Assembly (NCBI GenBank): GCA_913040915.1 | Contig: CAJWHW010000002.1 | Span: forward strand, 32,001-96,000 | Direction: 5' to 3' | Length of the DNA: 64,000 bases | Source: an uncultured Fidelibacterota bacterium | GTDB lineage: Bacteria; Fidelibacterota; Marinisomatia; Marinisomatales; UBA1611 | In this document: in pieces, positions 29,673-41,871 of the stretch | Numbering within the stretch: the stretch's first letter is position 1 | Layout of the letters: every line of letters starts with the position of its first letter | The notes under the pieces: model-generated | The model's database searches: none | The model's input: the letters and a program-made list of their open reading frames with translations, nothing else | What the model was told of the DNA's origin: nothing | Made by a program: the position numbers and the translations under genes

Positions 29673-30716
29673 ATGAAAGAATTAAATATTAATGGATATT
29701 CTGAAACCATTATTGAACGGTCAGATTTTCCACAAGAAAAATGTAAAGCTATATTAAAAGATGAAGTTACAGCCATCCTTGGATATGGCCCACAAGGTTA
29801 TGGTCAAGGAATGAATATGCGTGATCAGGGGTATAATGTCATCTTGGGGCTACGCCGCGGACTTAGTTGGGATAAGGCTTTAAGTGATGGATGGCTGGAA
29901 GGTGAAAATCTTTTTGAAATTTCTGATGCCGCAAAGCGAGGGACTATAATTCAATTTCTACTTTCTGATGCTGGACAAATTCAAGCATGGCCTACAGTTA
30001 AAGAGCACTTGAACGAAGGTGATGCTCTTTATTTTTCACACGGTTTCGGTGTTGTCTTTAATGATCACACTAATATTGTTACACCAGATAATATAGATGT
30101 AATGCTCGTAGCTCCCAAAGGTAGCGGTTTAACAGTGCGAACGCATTTTAAATCGGGACGCGGAATTAATGCTTCATTTGCAATCCATCAGGATTTTACA
30201 GGTAAGGCTAGAGACCGTTGTATTGCAACAGCATTTGCAATAGGCTCAGGGCATTTATTCGAAACGACTTTTGAAAAGGAAGTCCATAGTGATTTGACTG
30301 GTGAAAGATGTGTATTAATGGGACTTCTTCAAGGAGCCTTTTTAGCACAATATGAAGTCTTACGTGAAAATGGACATTCTCCATCTGAGGCTTATAATGA
30401 AACGATCGAAGAAGCATTACAAAGTCTTTATCCGCTGGTAGCAGAAAATGGTATGGATTGGATGTATGCAAATTGCTCTACAACAGCTCAGCGTGGAGCT
30501 TTGGATTGGGCACCCAAATTCAGAGATACCTTAAAACCAGTTATTGAAGAATGTTATCAAAAAGTATTGAGCGGCGAAGAAGCCAAACGTGCAATTGAAT
30601 CCAACTCAAAATTAGATTACAGGGAGACACTGGAAAAAGAATTAGCTGCAATTAATGATCAGGAAATGTGGGTTGCTGGAAAGGAATTACGGCAATTGCG
30701 CCCAGAGAATCTCTAA
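29673..30716 (+). CDS. ilvC: Ketol-acid reductoisomerase
   Basis: LGYGPQG, FSHGF, VAPKGSG, SDLTGER, CSTTAQRGA. Confidence 0.95.
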   Translation: MKELNINGYSETIIERSDFPQEKCKAILKDEVTAILGYGPQGYGQGMNMRDQGYNVILGLRRGLSWDKALSDGWLEGENLFEISDAAKRGTIIQFLLSDAGQIQAWPTVKEHLNEGDALYFSHGFGVVFNDHTNIVTPDNIDVMLVAPKGSGLTVRTHFKSGRGINASFAIHQDFTGKARDRCIATAFAIGSGHLFETTFEKEVHSDLTGERCVLMGLLQGAFLAQYEVLRENGHSPSEAYNETIEEALQSLYPLVAENGMDWMYANCSTTAQRGALDWAPKFRDTLKPVIEECYQKVLSGEEAKRAIESNSKLDYRETLEKELAAINDQEMWVAGKELRQLRPENL

Positions 30717-30723
30717 TCATATT

Positions 30724-31842
30724 ATGAAATCATTAAAATTAACAATTCTTCCAGGTGATGGTATAGGCCCAGAAGTAATGGATGCCGCCCTGGGTATCTT
30801 GGATGTTATAGGTGCTCACTATAACCTGAATTTTGAATTTCAGTCAGAATTAATGGGCGGGGCATCAATTGATCGATGTGGCGAGCCTATTACTGTAGAT
30901 GTTTTGGAAAAATGCAAGGCATCTGATGCTGTACTTTTAGGTGCTGTGGGAGGACTTAAGTGGGATGACTTACCTCCAGAAAAAAAACCTGAAAAAGGGT
31001 TGTTACGCCTTAGGGAAGAGTTAGGATTGTTTTGCAATCTTCGCCCTGCGAAGATTTATACCCCATTGGCAGATGCATCAACACTTAAAAGGGATGTAAT
31101 TGTAGGCTCGGATATAATGGTGGTCCGTGAATTAACAAGTGGAATTTATTTTGGTGAGCCTAGGGGCCTTAATCGAGATGAAGGTTATAATACACTTTAT
31201 TATAAAAGAAATGAGGTAGAGAGGATTGCCAAATCAGCCTTTAAGCTAGCGCAAAAACGTAATGGCCATGTTACATCAGTAGATAAGTCCAATGTATTAG
31301 ATAGTTCGCAGTTTTGGCGGAATATTGTTCATGAAGTTCATAAGGATTTTAAAGATGTTCCTTTAACAGACATGCTTGTTGATAATGCTGCTATGCAATT
31401 AGTACGTGATCCTAAGCAGTTTGATGTCGTAGTCACTCAAAATTTATTCGGGGATATATTAAGTGATATTACCGCTATACTTACCGGCAGTTTAGGTATG
31501 CTTCCATCGGCCAGTATTGGTGATACCCATGCCTTATATGAGCCTGTCCATGGGACAGCACCAGATATTGCCGGACAAAATAAAGCTAATCCGATTGCCA
31601 TGATTAGTTCCGTAGCCATGATGTTGGAAATCACTCTAAATCTGCCTCAGGCAGCATTGGAGTTAAATCAAGCGATTGAATCCGTATTAAATGAAGGATA
31701 TAGGACTTTGGATATTGCATCTGAAGGTTCGATCATTATTTCAACAACTGATATGAGGGATCAAATAATCCAAACCTTTGAAAAAAATGTAGTTCAAGTT
31801 ACTAATATGTCTTCTCAAGAATTTGTAAAGGAAAAAAGATGA
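30724..31842 (+). CDS. leuB: 3-isopropylmalate dehydrogenase
   Basis: LPGDGIGPEV, NLRP, VRELT, VDKSNVL, NLFGDILSD, EPVHGTAPDIAG; likely start ATG 30724. Confidence 0.96.
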   Translation: MKSLKLTILPGDGIGPEVMDAALGILDVIGAHYNLNFEFQSELMGGASIDRCGEPITVDVLEKCKASDAVLLGAVGGLKWDDLPPEKKPEKGLLRLREELGLFCNLRPAKIYTPLADASTLKRDVIVGSDIMVVRELTSGIYFGEPRGLNRDEGYNTLYYKRNEVERIAKSAFKLAQKRNGHVTSVDKSNVLDSSQFWRNIVHEVHKDFKDVPLTDMLVDNAAMQLVRDPKQFDVVVTQNLFGDILSDITAILTGSLGMLPSASIGDTHALYEPVHGTAPDIAGQNKANPIAMISSVAMMLEITLNLPQAALELNQAIESVLNEGYRTLDIASEGSIIISTTDMRDQIIQTFEKNVVQVTNMSSQEFVKEKR

Positions 31843-33416
31843 GTGAAAAAATTATAGTATTTGATACAACATTGCGGGATGGTGAACAAGCGCCAGGTGC
31901 ATCCCTCAACGTATATGAAAAGTTGGAAATTGCAAAACAAATGGAGCGACTTAATGTGGATGTTATTGAAGCAGGATTCCCAGTCTCATCGCAAGCACAG
32001 TTTGAAGCTGTCCAGCGGATTGCTGATTCTGTTGATGCAACCATCGCTGGTTTAGCTCGGACAATTGAAGCTGATATAGATGCTTGTAGGAAGGCGTTGC
32101 AAGGTGCTGATCTCTCTCGTATTCATACATTTATTGGCACATCTGATATCCATCTACAGGGAAAATTTGGAGCAGCTCGTTATGGGAAATCACTAAAAGA
32201 GAAAAGAAAGACCATAATGAAAATGGCTCATAATGCGGTTCGATATGCAAAAACATTTACAGATGATGTCGAATTTTCTCCTGAAGATGCAGGAAGAACA
32301 GATATTGGCTATTTATCAGAAGTGATAGAAACTGTTATTTCTGCCGGAGCGACCACTGTGAATATCCCTGACACAACCGGCTACACTATGCCGGAAGAAT
32401 TCGGTGCCAAGATTGCAGAAATAAAAAGTAGAGTGAGTAATATTAATAAAGCTGTGATAAGCGTCCATTGCCACAATGACCTTGGGCTTGCAGTAGCAAA
32501 TTCATTAAGTGCCATATCTAATGGTGCGCGGCAAGTAGAATGCACTATTAATGGCATAGGTGAACGAGCAGGAAATGCCAGTATGGAAGAAATTGTGATG
32601 GCACTTAATGTTCGTTCCAATTTTTGGGATTTTCATACAAATATCAACACCGAAGAAATATATAATACCAGCCGTATGGTTTCTGGGTTTACAGGAATGT
32701 TGGTTCAGCCTAATAAAGCTATCGTAGGAGAAAATGCATTTGCTCATGAATCGGGGATACACCAGGATGGTATGTTAAAGAATAGGCATACCTATGAGAT
32801 TATGACCCCAGAATCGGTAGGCATTGTTAAAAATAAAATTATTTTGGGACGTCACTCAGGCCGCCATGGACTTTCAGCACGTATGGAAGCACTTGGTTAT
32901 GAGATATCAGATGAAAACATGGATAATCTTTATGAGAGATTTTTAGAGTTGGCTGATAAAAAGAAAGAAATTTATGATGAAGATCTCCGGGTACTTATGG
33001 GAGATAAAGCTGAAAGTGATAATGGATTTTATCATCTTGATTATCTCCATGTTAACCTAGGGACTACAACGATTGCTACTGCTACAGTCAGGATTAAATC
33101 TAAAAACAAAATCTGTGAAGAATCAGCAACAGGTGATGGCCCTGTAGATGCTTGTTTTCGTGCGATCAGCCGAGCGATTAATTTCCAAGAGCAGGTAAAA
33201 CTGGAGCATTACCAGGTACGCTCTATTACAGCTGGGAAAGGTGCTCTTGGTGAAGTTACCACTCGTCTAAATATCCTTGGCACCGCATATACAGGAAAGG
33301 GAGTATCCACAGACACGATCCGTGCCAGTGCAAAATCTTACCTGCATGCTCTAAATCATTTTGAGTCCATGAAAGATATGGATAATCTTTTTGAAAAAAT
33401 TACTGAAACTATCTAA
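31839..33416 (+). CDS. leuA: 2-isopropylmalate synthase
   Basis: [39 protein letters not shown]-terminal regulatory domain. Confidence 0.96.
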   Translation: MSEKIIVFDTTLRDGEQAPGASLNVYEKLEIAKQMERLNVDVIEAGFPVSSQAQFEAVQRIADSVDATIAGLARTIEADIDACRKALQGADLSRIHTFIGTSDIHLQGKFGAARYGKSLKEKRKTIMKMAHNAVRYAKTFTDDVEFSPEDAGRTDIGYLSEVIETVISAGATTVNIPDTTGYTMPEEFGAKIAEIKSRVSNINKAVISVHCHNDLGLAVANSLSAISNGARQVECTINGIGERAGNASMEEIVMALNVRSNFWDFHTNINTEEIYNTSRMVSGFTGMLVQPNKAIVGENAFAHESGIHQDGMLKNRHTYEIMTPESVGIVKNKIILGRHSGRHGLSARMEALGYEISDENMDNLYERFLELADKKKEIYDEDLRVLMGDKAESDNGFYHLDYLHVNLGTTTIATATVRIKSKNKICEESATGDGPVDACFRAISRAINFQEQVKLEHYQVRSITAGKGALGEVTTRLNILGTAYTGKGVSTDTIRASAKSYLHALNHFESMKDMDNLFEKITETI

Positions 33417-33418
33417 TT

Positions 33419-34810
33419 ATGGCTGGTAGTACCTTATATGATAAACTTTGGGATATCCATACAGTACGTAACAATGAAGATGGAACAAGTCTTCTTTATA
33501 TTGATCGCCAGCTAATCCATGAAGTAACATCACCACAAGCCTTTGAAGGATTAAAGCTAACTGGTCGTAATCTTTGGCGATCTACTGCTAATGTGGCTGT
33601 TCCAGACCACAATATTCCTACCCAAAACAGGGATGAAGGAATTACTGATCCTGTATCCAAGTTGCAGGTAGATACTTTGGATAAAAATTGTGATACATTC
33701 AATATTATGGAATTTAAAATGTCAAATCCAAACCAAGGGATAGTACATGTTATAGGACCTGAACAAGGATTAACATTACCTGGGATGACTATTGTTTGTG
33801 GGGATTCCCATACATCTACCCATGGTGCCCTTGGTGCTCTAGCTTTTGGGATTGGTACATCAGAAGTGGAGCATGTGTTAGCTACTCAATGTCTTATCCA
33901 GAAAAAATCAAAAAATATGCTGGTTAAAGTAGATGGACAATTGCAATCAGGTGTAACAGCAAAAGATTTGATTCTAGCTATTATTGGGAATATTGGCACA
34001 TCAGGCGGGACAGGACATACCATTGAATTTTCCGGTGAGACAATCCGTTCTTTATCAATGGAAGGACGCATGACAATATGCAACATGGCAATTGAAGCGG
34101 GTGCACGTGCTGGATTGATAGCTGTCGATGAAAAAACTCTTAATTATGTGGAAGGGAAACCTTACGCCCCAAAAGGGAATATGTGGTTAAAGGCAGTTAA
34201 TTATTGGCAGACTCTTCAAAGTGACTCAGATGCTATTTTTGATAAAATAGTAGAAATGGATGCTAATAAAATCAAGCCCATGGTTACTTGGGGCACATCT
34301 CCAGAAATGGTAACAGATGTGGATGGGGTCATTCCTGTTTCTGCGAGGGGCTCGATGCCACAGGCCTTGTCTTATATGGGTCTTAAGGAAGGTACAGCCA
34401 TAAAAGATATCACATTGGATAAAGTTTTTATTGGTTCCTGCACAAATTCACGAATTGAAGATCTTCGTGAAGCAGCTAGGATTGTAATTGGTAAAAAAGT
34501 AGCGAACTCAATAAAATTAGCTATGGTTGTCCCCGGTTCGGGACCAGTCAAATATCAAGCAGAGAAGGAGGGGTTAGACAAGATATTTTTAGATGCAGGA
34601 TTTGAATGGCGTGAGCCAGGCTGTTCTATGTGTTTGGCTATGAATTCTGACCGTTTAAATCCGGGTGAGCGTTGTGCATCAACATCTAACCGAAACTTTG
34701 AAGGGCGTCAGGGGAGAGGTGGTCGGACCCATTTAGTAAGTCCAGCCATGGCAGCTGCAGCTGCTATAAATGGTCACTTTGTCAATGTAGCTAGAGATTG
34801 GAATAAATAA
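33419..34810 (+). CDS. leuC: 3-isopropylmalate dehydratase large subunit
   Basis: [37 protein letters not shown]. Confidence 0.97.
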   Translation: MAGSTLYDKLWDIHTVRNNEDGTSLLYIDRQLIHEVTSPQAFEGLKLTGRNLWRSTANVAVPDHNIPTQNRDEGITDPVSKLQVDTLDKNCDTFNIMEFKMSNPNQGIVHVIGPEQGLTLPGMTIVCGDSHTSTHGALGALAFGIGTSEVEHVLATQCLIQKKSKNMLVKVDGQLQSGVTAKDLILAIIGNIGTSGGTGHTIEFSGETIRSLSMEGRMTICNMAIEAGARAGLIAVDEKTLNYVEGKPYAPKGNMWLKAVNYWQTLQSDSDAIFDKIVEMDANKIKPMVTWGTSPEMVTDVDGVIPVSARGSMPQALSYMGLKEGTAIKDITLDKVFIGSCTNSRIEDLREAARIVIGKKVANSIKLAMVVPGSGPVKYQAEKEGLDKIFLDAGFEWREPGCSMCLAMNSDRLNPGERCASTSNRNFEGRQGRGGRTHLVSPAMAAAAAINGHFVNVARDWNK

Positions 34811-34811
34811 A

Positions 34812-35456
34812 ATGGAAAAATTTCAAACTTTTACTGGAATAGTTGCTCCTCTAGATCGTGCTAATATTGATACGGATGCCATTATTCCAAAACAATTTTT
34901 AAAATCTATTAAACGAACTGGCTTTGGTCCAAACCTATTTGATGAATGGCGATATTTAGATACTGGCGAACCGGGCCAAGATTGTAGTAACCGGCCACTG
35001 AATAAGGATTTTGTTCTAAATAAAAAACGATTTATAGATGCTTCAATTTTATTAACAGGTGAAAATTTTGGATGTGGATCCAGTCGAGAACATGCACCCT
35101 GGGCCTTGTTGGATTATGGTATTAAAACAGTTATTGCAGAAAGTTTTGCAGATATTTTTTACAATAACTGTTTTAAAAATGGAATCCTTCCTATTACCTT
35201 GGGGAAAAATCTCATCCAGAGTCTTTTTAAAAAAACTGAAGCCGAAAAAGGGTTTTTTCTAATAGTAGATCTAGAAAAGCAGTTATTAACAGATCCCAAA
35301 GGTGAATCTTTAGGCTTTCAATTAGAAGCTTTCAGAAAGAGCATACTATTGAAAGGGCTTGATGAGATTGGATCAACGCTAACTTATAAGGAAGAGATAC
35401 AAAAATTTGAATTACACCATAAAAAAGGGCAGCCGTGGCTGTTTACAAACAGATGA
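34812..35456 (+). CDS. leuD: 3-isopropylmalate dehydratase small subunit
   Basis: [24 protein letters not shown]. Confidence 0.97.
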   Translation: MEKFQTFTGIVAPLDRANIDTDAIIPKQFLKSIKRTGFGPNLFDEWRYLDTGEPGQDCSNRPLNKDFVLNKKRFIDASILLTGENFGCGSSREHAPWALLDYGIKTVIAESFADIFYNNCFKNGILPITLGKNLIQSLFKKTEAEKGFFLIVDLEKQLLTDPKGESLGFQLEAFRKSILLKGLDEIGSTLTYKEEIQKFELHHKKGQPWLFTNR

Positions 35457-37072
35457 ATAAAAAATTAAAAAAAATCGAATTATTTGATACGACACTCAGA
35501 GATGGGACTCAAGGAGAAGGAGTTAATCTTTCCGTGGATGATAAATTACGGATTGCTGCTAAGCTAGATGAATTTGGCATTAATATTATTGAGGGTGGCT
35601 GGCCTGGGAGTAACCCAAAGGATCAGGAATTTTTTCAGCGTTCAAGCGAATTAAATTTGCAACAAGCACAAATATGTGCTTTTGGTTCAACAGCACGTTG
35701 GCCAGATAAAATTGAATCTGATCCTAATCTAAATGCACTGTTAGATGCTGAAACACCAGTGATTACACTTTTTGGAAAAACTTGGGAGCTTCATTCTGAA
35801 AAAGGCCTGGGATTAAATGAATATGAGAATGCCCAGCTTATTGAAAAATCAATCTCTTTTTTAGTAAAAGAGGGAAAACGAGTCATTTTTGATGCTGAGC
35901 ACTTTTTTGATGGATATAAGGCTTCTCCATCATTTGCATTATCGATGTTAGAAGCAGCACAAAGAGGTGGAGCAGATACTCTAGTATTATGTGATACAAA
36001 TGGCGGCTCCTTACCAGGGTTTATTAAAAATGCTACCGATAAAGTAGCTAGGAAATATAATACTCGTGTTGGAATTCATGTTCATAATGATGGAGGTCTC
36101 GCTACAGCAAATACATTAGCTGCTGTTGAGGCAGGAGTCACGCATGTCCAGGGGACGATTAATGGTGTTGGTGAACGATGTGGGAATGCGAATCTGGGTA
36201 TAATCATACCTAATCTAATTTTGAAAATGGATTATGAGACTCAATCAAAAATCAATTTAGAAAATTTGACACATTTAACCCATTTTGTGTATGGCAGCAT
36301 GAATCGTCATCCCGATGATCAAGCCCCTTATGTTGGAAAATCAGCCTTCGCACACAAGGGGGGTATTCATGTTAGTGCGGTAATGAAAGATAGTAGAATG
36401 TATGAACATATTGACCCTAAGGTTATTGGAAACCACCAAAGGGTACTCATATCAGACCTAGCTGGACAAAGTAATATTCGATTCAAGGCAGATGAACTTA
36501 ATGTGGCATTAAATGGAGATAATAAATTAACAAAGGATATAGTCCTTCATATTAAATCCTTGGAACACGAAGGTTACCAATTTGAAGGAGCTGAGGCTTC
36601 TTTCGAACTTATGCTTCTTGAAAGAAAGGGTGCTTTTACACCGTTTTTTGATGTAATGAGTTCCAGAGTTAATGTGAACTATGATCATTCTGGACATAAT
36701 AAAGCAGATGCCATGTTGAAAGTTGTTGTAGATGGTGAAGTTGAGCAAACAGCTGCAGATGGTGTAGGCCCAGTTGATGCTTTAAATAATGCATTAAAAA
36801 AAGCATTAATTCGATTTTATCCTCAATTGAATGAATTAAAACTTACTGATTATAAAGTTCGTGTATTAAATGAAGAGGACGGCACTAGTGCCAAAGTTCG
36901 TGTCTTGATTGAAAGTTCGGATGGCATAGCTAGTTGGACAACCATTGGTGTTTCAGAAAATATTATTGAAGCCACATGGCAGGCACTGAGGGATAGTTTT
37001 AATTATCGTTTATTAAAGACAGAAGTAAATCAGAAAATAAATATAAATAAAAAAGAAAAAACACATGCCTAA
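35453..37072 (+). CDS. cimA: Citramalate synthase
   Basis: [47 protein letters not shown] 35453 overlaps the leuD stop. Confidence 0.9.
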   Translation: MNKKLKKIELFDTTLRDGTQGEGVNLSVDDKLRIAAKLDEFGINIIEGGWPGSNPKDQEFFQRSSELNLQQAQICAFGSTARWPDKIESDPNLNALLDAETPVITLFGKTWELHSEKGLGLNEYENAQLIEKSISFLVKEGKRVIFDAEHFFDGYKASPSFALSMLEAAQRGGADTLVLCDTNGGSLPGFIKNATDKVARKYNTRVGIHVHNDGGLATANTLAAVEAGVTHVQGTINGVGERCGNANLGIIIPNLILKMDYETQSKINLENLTHLTHFVYGSMNRHPDDQAPYVGKSAFAHKGGIHVSAVMKDSRMYEHIDPKVIGNHQRVLISDLAGQSNIRFKADELNVALNGDNKLTKDIVLHIKSLEHEGYQFEGAEASFELMLLERKGAFTPFFDVMSSRVNVNYDHSGHNKADAMLKVVVDGEVEQTAADGVGPVDALNNALKKALIRFYPQLNELKLTDYKVRVLNEEDGTSAKVRVLIESSDGIASWTTIGVSENIIEATWQALRDSFNYRLLKTEVNQKININKKEKTHA

Positions 37073-37129
37073 TCATTGGGAAAAATATGGCTTAATGGTG
37101 AAACACTCCATATAACTACCAGGTTTTAA
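37065..37129 (+). pseudogene. ilvE: Possible 5' stub of branched-chain aminotransferase
   Basis: ATG CCT overlapping the cimA end, then in a shifted frame SLGKIWLNGETLH, resembling the IlvE N-terminal IW.NGE motif; very short match. Confidence 0.4.
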
Positions 37130-37145
37130 TTTTTAATTATTAAAA

Positions 37146-40100
37146 ATGTATAAGGAAAAGAAAATTTATTCTTTATATAACCCACAGGTCTTTCACGATG
37201 CCTGTGGTATTGGATTCATTGTAACAAGATCTGGAAAACCAGAGAAAAGAATACTTCCTTTAGCTATAAAATCATTAAAACGACTATCTCACCGTGGAGC
37301 AAAGTCTTATGATCGGAAATCTGGTGATGGTTCAGGTATCCTTATAGACTTACCGAAAACATTTTTTAGAACTGTTCTTCGTAATGAGTTTAATAAGTCT
37401 ATTCCCGGAAGAGAAATTTTAGCAGTAGCTATGGTTTTCACAACTGCATATGAGCGGAAGTGGCTTGAAAAACTATTTGCAATACAATTAAAGGAATCGG
37501 GATTTCGCTTACATGCAGTCAGGTGTGTTCCTACAGAAAATAAATCTTTAGGTGAGCTTGCCTTTAAAACTAAACCTATAATATTACAGTTCATTGTTTC
37601 TGGAAAAAAAATCAGGAAAAAGAATTTTGAGACTAGTTTGTATCTTCTAAGAAAAATAATTGAGAAAAAGATATTAAATGAAAGAAAAAAATCATACATC
37701 TGTTCTTTTTCATCAAAAATAATTGTGTATAAGGGGCTGATGGCATCAGCACAGCTCGATCAGTTTTACCTTGATCTTCGCGATAAGGATTTTGTTGTAA
37801 AAATGGTTTTATTTCACGAACGCTTTTCTACTAATACAGGATCTGCTTGGGCCATGGCCCAGCCGTTTCAAATGGTTGCTCACAATGGTGAATTCAATAC
37901 CATAAAAGGAAACAGGTTATGGATGAAAGCTCGTGAAAAAGAAATTTCATCAAAATTTTGGGGATCAGATTTAGATAACTTAAAACCAATAATAGAACCT
38001 ACCGGAAGCGATTCAAAAAGTTTTGATAATGTATTGGAGTTTCTAGTAAGAAGTGGGCGGAATATTTTTGATAGTATTATGATTATGATTCCGGATACAT
38101 ATTCTCAAAAAAAGAAATACTACAGTAACAGAAATATGAATAGAAAAATGCGTGATTATTTTGTATATCATGAAAACTTTATAGAACCATGGGATGGCCC
38201 TGCTGCAGTTGTTTACACCGATGGTGACTTTATAGGTGCTAAAATGGATCGTAATGGTTTACGTCCTCTAAGATATACTATTACAAAGGATAATCTTGTC
38301 ATAATGGCATCAGAAGCGGGTATTCTTGAAGTGGATGATGATAACCTAATTCTTCACCACCATATGAAATCGGAAGAAATATTTGGCGTATCTCTATCTG
38401 ATGGCGCAATTATAAAAAATAAAGAATTGAAAATTAGGGAGGCATCAAAAAAACCCTATGGTCAGCTCTTAAAAAATAATTTGCACGTTTTAAATAGACA
38501 AAACACTTCCGATGAATTTGGAATATTTGGAATACCTCCAGATGGGTTTGATCAGCGTTTAAGAGTTGCGCTTGGATGGTCAAAGGAAGATCTCACTAAA
38601 TTTTTAATTCCAATGGCTACAAATAGAAGAGAACCATTGGGATCAATGGGGGATGATACTCCTTTGGCTGCAATTTCACAAATTGACCGCAGGTTTTATG
38701 ATTATTTTAAACAGTGGTTTGCACAGGTTACAAATCCACCAATTGATTCGATAAGAGAACGATCTGTCATGAGCTTATATAAATACCTCGGTAGTGAGGA
38801 TAATTTATTAAATACTCGACCGACATTTAATGGAGCTATAAGAATAACGAGCCCAGTATTATCACCAAATGAAATTTTAAAACTCCATGGCTATAAAGAT
38901 TGGTTTATGCATAAAAAATTTATTTGTCACTATAAAAAATCTGCGAACCTAGGTTTAAAACTGCAACGAATTAATTATAATTCTGCAAAATCTGTAGAAA
39001 ATGGGGCAAAGATTATTTTTTTAAGTGATGAGGGATTAAAATGTGGCGCCTTGCCTATACCAATGCCCCTGGTTGTTTCATCCGTACATAATTATTTAGT
39101 TAAGAAAAAGTTAAGAAGTAATGTTTCAATTATTTGCATTGCGGGTGATGTTGTTGAAGACCATCACATTGCAGTTTTAATAGCTTTAGGCGCTAGCGCG
39201 GTATATCCCTATATGGCTTATGAACTAATCAGAGAATATTTTAATGATGATGATTGGGCTGAAAAAATGAGTAACTATCGTTATGCACTTGAAAAAGGGT
39301 TACTCAAGATTATGTCCAAAATGGGAATATCTACTATAAGTAGCTATCATGGTAGTATGTTGCTACATTCTATAGGACTGGGTCCAAAAATTTCCAAATC
39401 TCATTTCCCTACTATTCCAAGCTATTTAGGTGGGGTTGAGATTGAAAATATTCATAATTCTTTATTGAAACGTCATGAGATTGCTTTTGATGTAAAAAAG
39501 AATGGAATGGTAGAAAAAGGATTATACAGGTATAGAAAAAAGGGCGAGGCTCATGGGTTTAGCCCTGTAAATTTTAAAAAAATACAATCTGTATCCGAAA
39601 ATAATAAGGTTACCAAATCCTCTGCTGAAATTGATATTGTTTATATTAGAGATTTTTTCAAGATAGTAAGTAAAAGAATTTCTATTAATATTGATATGGT
39701 AGAGTCATCAGAATCAATTCTTAAGCGAATTGGGTCAGGTGGAATCTCCTTTGGAGCAATTTCTGAAAAATCTCATCGGGAACTTGCTAGAGGCTTTACT
39801 TTAGTTGGCGCAAGAAGTAATACAGGAGAAGGAGGTGAGTTGGAAGACCGTTACAGTGTATCTAATCCTGATAAAAATGTGAATTCTTATGTAAAACAGA
39901 TTGCGAGTGGAAGATTTGGAGTCAATGTTGAGTACCTTACGGCAGCACGCGAAATACAAATAAAAATGGCACAGGGTGCGAAACCAGGTGAAGGAGGGCA
40001 ACTTCCTGGGTTCAAAGTTTCAAATCTAATTGCTTCAGCCAGATCATCAACACCTGGCATGCCATTAATTAGTCCACCACCTCACCATGATATATATAGT

Positions 40101-41639
40101 ATTGAAGACATCAAACAATTAATTTATGATTTAAAAGTAGTAAACCCGCGTGCAAAAGTATCTGTAAAGCTAGTGGCTCAACCAGGTATTGGTACAATTG
40201 CATCTGGAGTTGTAAAGGCAGGCGCCGATATTATTTTGATTTCTGGTGCAGATGGAGGGACAGGAGCAAGTCCATTAGGTTCTTTAAAACATGCAGGTTT
40301 CCCTTGGGAATATGGGTTAGCAGAATCTCACCAGGTTCTTCATGCAAATGGGCTTCGTGACAGAGTTATACTTAGGGTAGATGGTGGAATTAAATGGGCA
40401 AGAGACATTATCATTGCGGCTATTCTTGGTGCGGAGGAATACGATTTTGGTACTGCTGCTTTAGTTTCTTTAGGGTGCATTATGGCTAGACAATGTCATT
40501 TAAATACTTGTCCTGCAGGCATTGCTACAAATGATGAAAAATATATGAAAAAATTTAAGGGCAAAGCTGAGAATATTAGTTATTATTTAGAAAATATTAC
40601 CCAGGAAATAAGATTAGAATTATCTGAAATGGGGTATATGCATTTGCAGTCGATTATAGGGCGTACAGATTTATTAAGTATCAATAGAAAGTATAATGGA
40701 TATATGAAAAGTCGCGGACTCAATTTTGATATCCTGTTAAATAAAGGTGCAAAAAATGGATTGCCATTACAATCTGATATGAAAGTACAATATACCGATG
40801 TAAGGCAGAAAAAAACCATTGATGAAGAAATTATCAATGAAATACGATCGGAAATGTTAACTCATGGTCATGCTGTTATTTATAAAAATATAAAAAACAC
40901 TGATAGAGCAATTGGTGCGCGTATATCAGGTGAAATTTCTTTTCTTTATGGAAGAAATAATTTTAAAGGGAGTATTCAGTGCCGTTTATTTGGTACAGCC
41001 GGACAAAGTTTTGGCGCATTTTTAAGTAAAGGCATAGAATTACGTTTAAAAGGGATTGCCAATGATTATGTCGGCAAAGGCATGTCATCAGGTTTGATTA
41101 CTATTCGTATGCCCGAAAAAATTCGTAGACAGGATAAAGACCATACCGTTATTGGAAATGTGGCCCTCTATGGAGCGACGGGAGGTCAAATATTTGTTGC
41201 AGGTAGAGGAGGTGAAAGATTTGCCGTTAGGAATAGCGGCGCATCTGGTGTTATTGAAGGGATAGGTAACCATGGATGTGAATACATGACACAGGGAACA
41301 ATCATTATTCTTGGGCAAATAGGGAAAAATTTCGGCGCAGGCATGACAGGCGGTGTTGCTTATGTTTATTCCAAGAAAAAAAAGCTAGAAAACTATATAA
41401 ATAAAGATTTTATTAATGAAGTTAATTTGGATAAAAAGGATCAAAGCTTGGTTTTAAGGCTACTAAGGAACCACAATTTTCACACTGATTCATCTATAGG
41501 TAAAAAGATTATAAATAACTGGGATAATGAAATAATATTTTTTAAGAAATTAATACCAACTGCCATGGATATTGTGGATTTGGACAATATTTATAATTTA
41601 CATGTGGCGGATCGAATCAATGTGGTTTTAAATGAGTAG
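37146..41639 (+). CDS. gltB: Glutamate synthase large subunit
   Basis: DACGIGF (Ntn Cys), HERFSTNT, EPWDGPA, KMAQGAKPGEGGQLPG, CIMARQCHLNTC [3Fe-4S] motif, GXGXG domain. Confidence 0.97.
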   Translation: MYKEKKIYSLYNPQVFHDACGIGFIVTRSGKPEKRILPLAIKSLKRLSHRGAKSYDRKSGDGSGILIDLPKTFFRTVLRNEFNKSIPGREILAVAMVFTTAYERKWLEKLFAIQLKESGFRLHAVRCVPTENKSLGELAFKTKPIILQFIVSGKKIRKKNFETSLYLLRKIIEKKILNERKKSYICSFSSKIIVYKGLMASAQLDQFYLDLRDKDFVVKMVLFHERFSTNTGSAWAMAQPFQMVAHNGEFNTIKGNRLWMKAREKEISSKFWGSDLDNLKPIIEPTGSDSKSFDNVLEFLVRSGRNIFDSIMIMIPDTYSQKKKYYSNRNMNRKMRDYFVYHENFIEPWDGPAAVVYTDGDFIGAKMDRNGLRPLRYTITKDNLVIMASEAGILEVDDDNLILHHHMKSEEIFGVSLSDGAIIKNKELKIREASKKPYGQLLKNNLHVLNRQNTSDEFGIFGIPPDGFDQRLRVALGWSKEDLTKFLIPMATNRREPLGSMGDDTPLAAISQIDRRFYDYFKQWFAQVTNPPIDSIRERSVMSLYKYLGSEDNLLNTRPTFNGAIRITSPVLSPNEILKLHGYKDWFMHKKFICHYKKSANLGLKLQRINYNSAKSVENGAKIIFLSDEGLKCGALPIPMPLVVSSVHNYLVKKKLRSNVSIICIAGDVVEDHHIAVLIALGASAVYPYMAYELIREYFNDDDWAEKMSNYRYALEKGLLKIMSKMGISTISSYHGSMLLHSIGLGPKISKSHFPTIPSYLGGVEIENIHNSLLKRHEIAFDVKKNGMVEKGLYRYRKKGEAHGFSPVNFKKIQSVSENNKVTKSSAEIDIVYIRDFFKIVSKRISINIDMVESSESILKRIGSGGISFGAISEKSHRELARGFTLVGARSNTGEGGELEDRYSVSNPDKNVNSYVKQIASGRFGVNVEYLTAAREIQIKMAQGAKPGEGGQLPGFKVSNLIASARSSTPGMPLISPPPHHDIYSIEDIKQLIYDLKVVNPRAKVSVKLVAQPGIGTIASGVVKAGADIILISGADGGTGASPLGSLKHAGFPWEYGLAESHQVLHANGLRDRVILRVDGGIKWARDIIIAAILGAEEYDFGTAALVSLGCIMARQCHLNTCPAGIATNDEKYMKKFKGKAENISYYLENITQEIRLELSEMGYMHLQSIIGRTDLLSINRKYNGYMKSRGLNFDILLNKGAKNGLPLQSDMKVQYTDVRQKKTIDEEIINEIRSEMLTHGHAVIYKNIKNTDRAIGARISGEISFLYGRNNFKGSIQCRLFGTAGQSFGAFLSKGIELRLKGIANDYVGKGMSSGLITIRMPEKIRRQDKDHTVIGNVALYGATGGQIFVAGRGGERFAVRNSGASGVIEGIGNHGCEYMTQGTIIILGQIGKNFGAGMTGGVAYVYSKKKKLENYINKDFINEVNLDKKDQSLVLRLLRNHNFHTDSSIGKKIINNWDNEIIFFKKLIPTAMDIVDLDNIYNLHVADRINVVLNE

Positions 41640-41771
41640 TTATTTAAGGATCAATAATGCCATTATTTCATATATTTATAATATATAGTTAAAATACATT
41701 ATATATTAATTATTATAAAGTTATTAATTATATAATAATAATATATTTATACATATTACTTTATAATTTTA

Positions 41772-41871
41772 TAATATTCTTGATTATTATTCTTATTAAA
41801 ATTAATATTATATGTTAATATCATTAATATAATAATATTATAATGATATTATATAAATATATTTAATATTA
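41772..41871. promoter_or_regulatory. Array of TAATATT(A/C) sites with 30-31 bp spacing in an extremely AT-rich spacer
   Basis: Sites start at 41772, 41803, 41833 and 41864; candidate Lrp/AsnC operator array. Confidence 0.35.
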
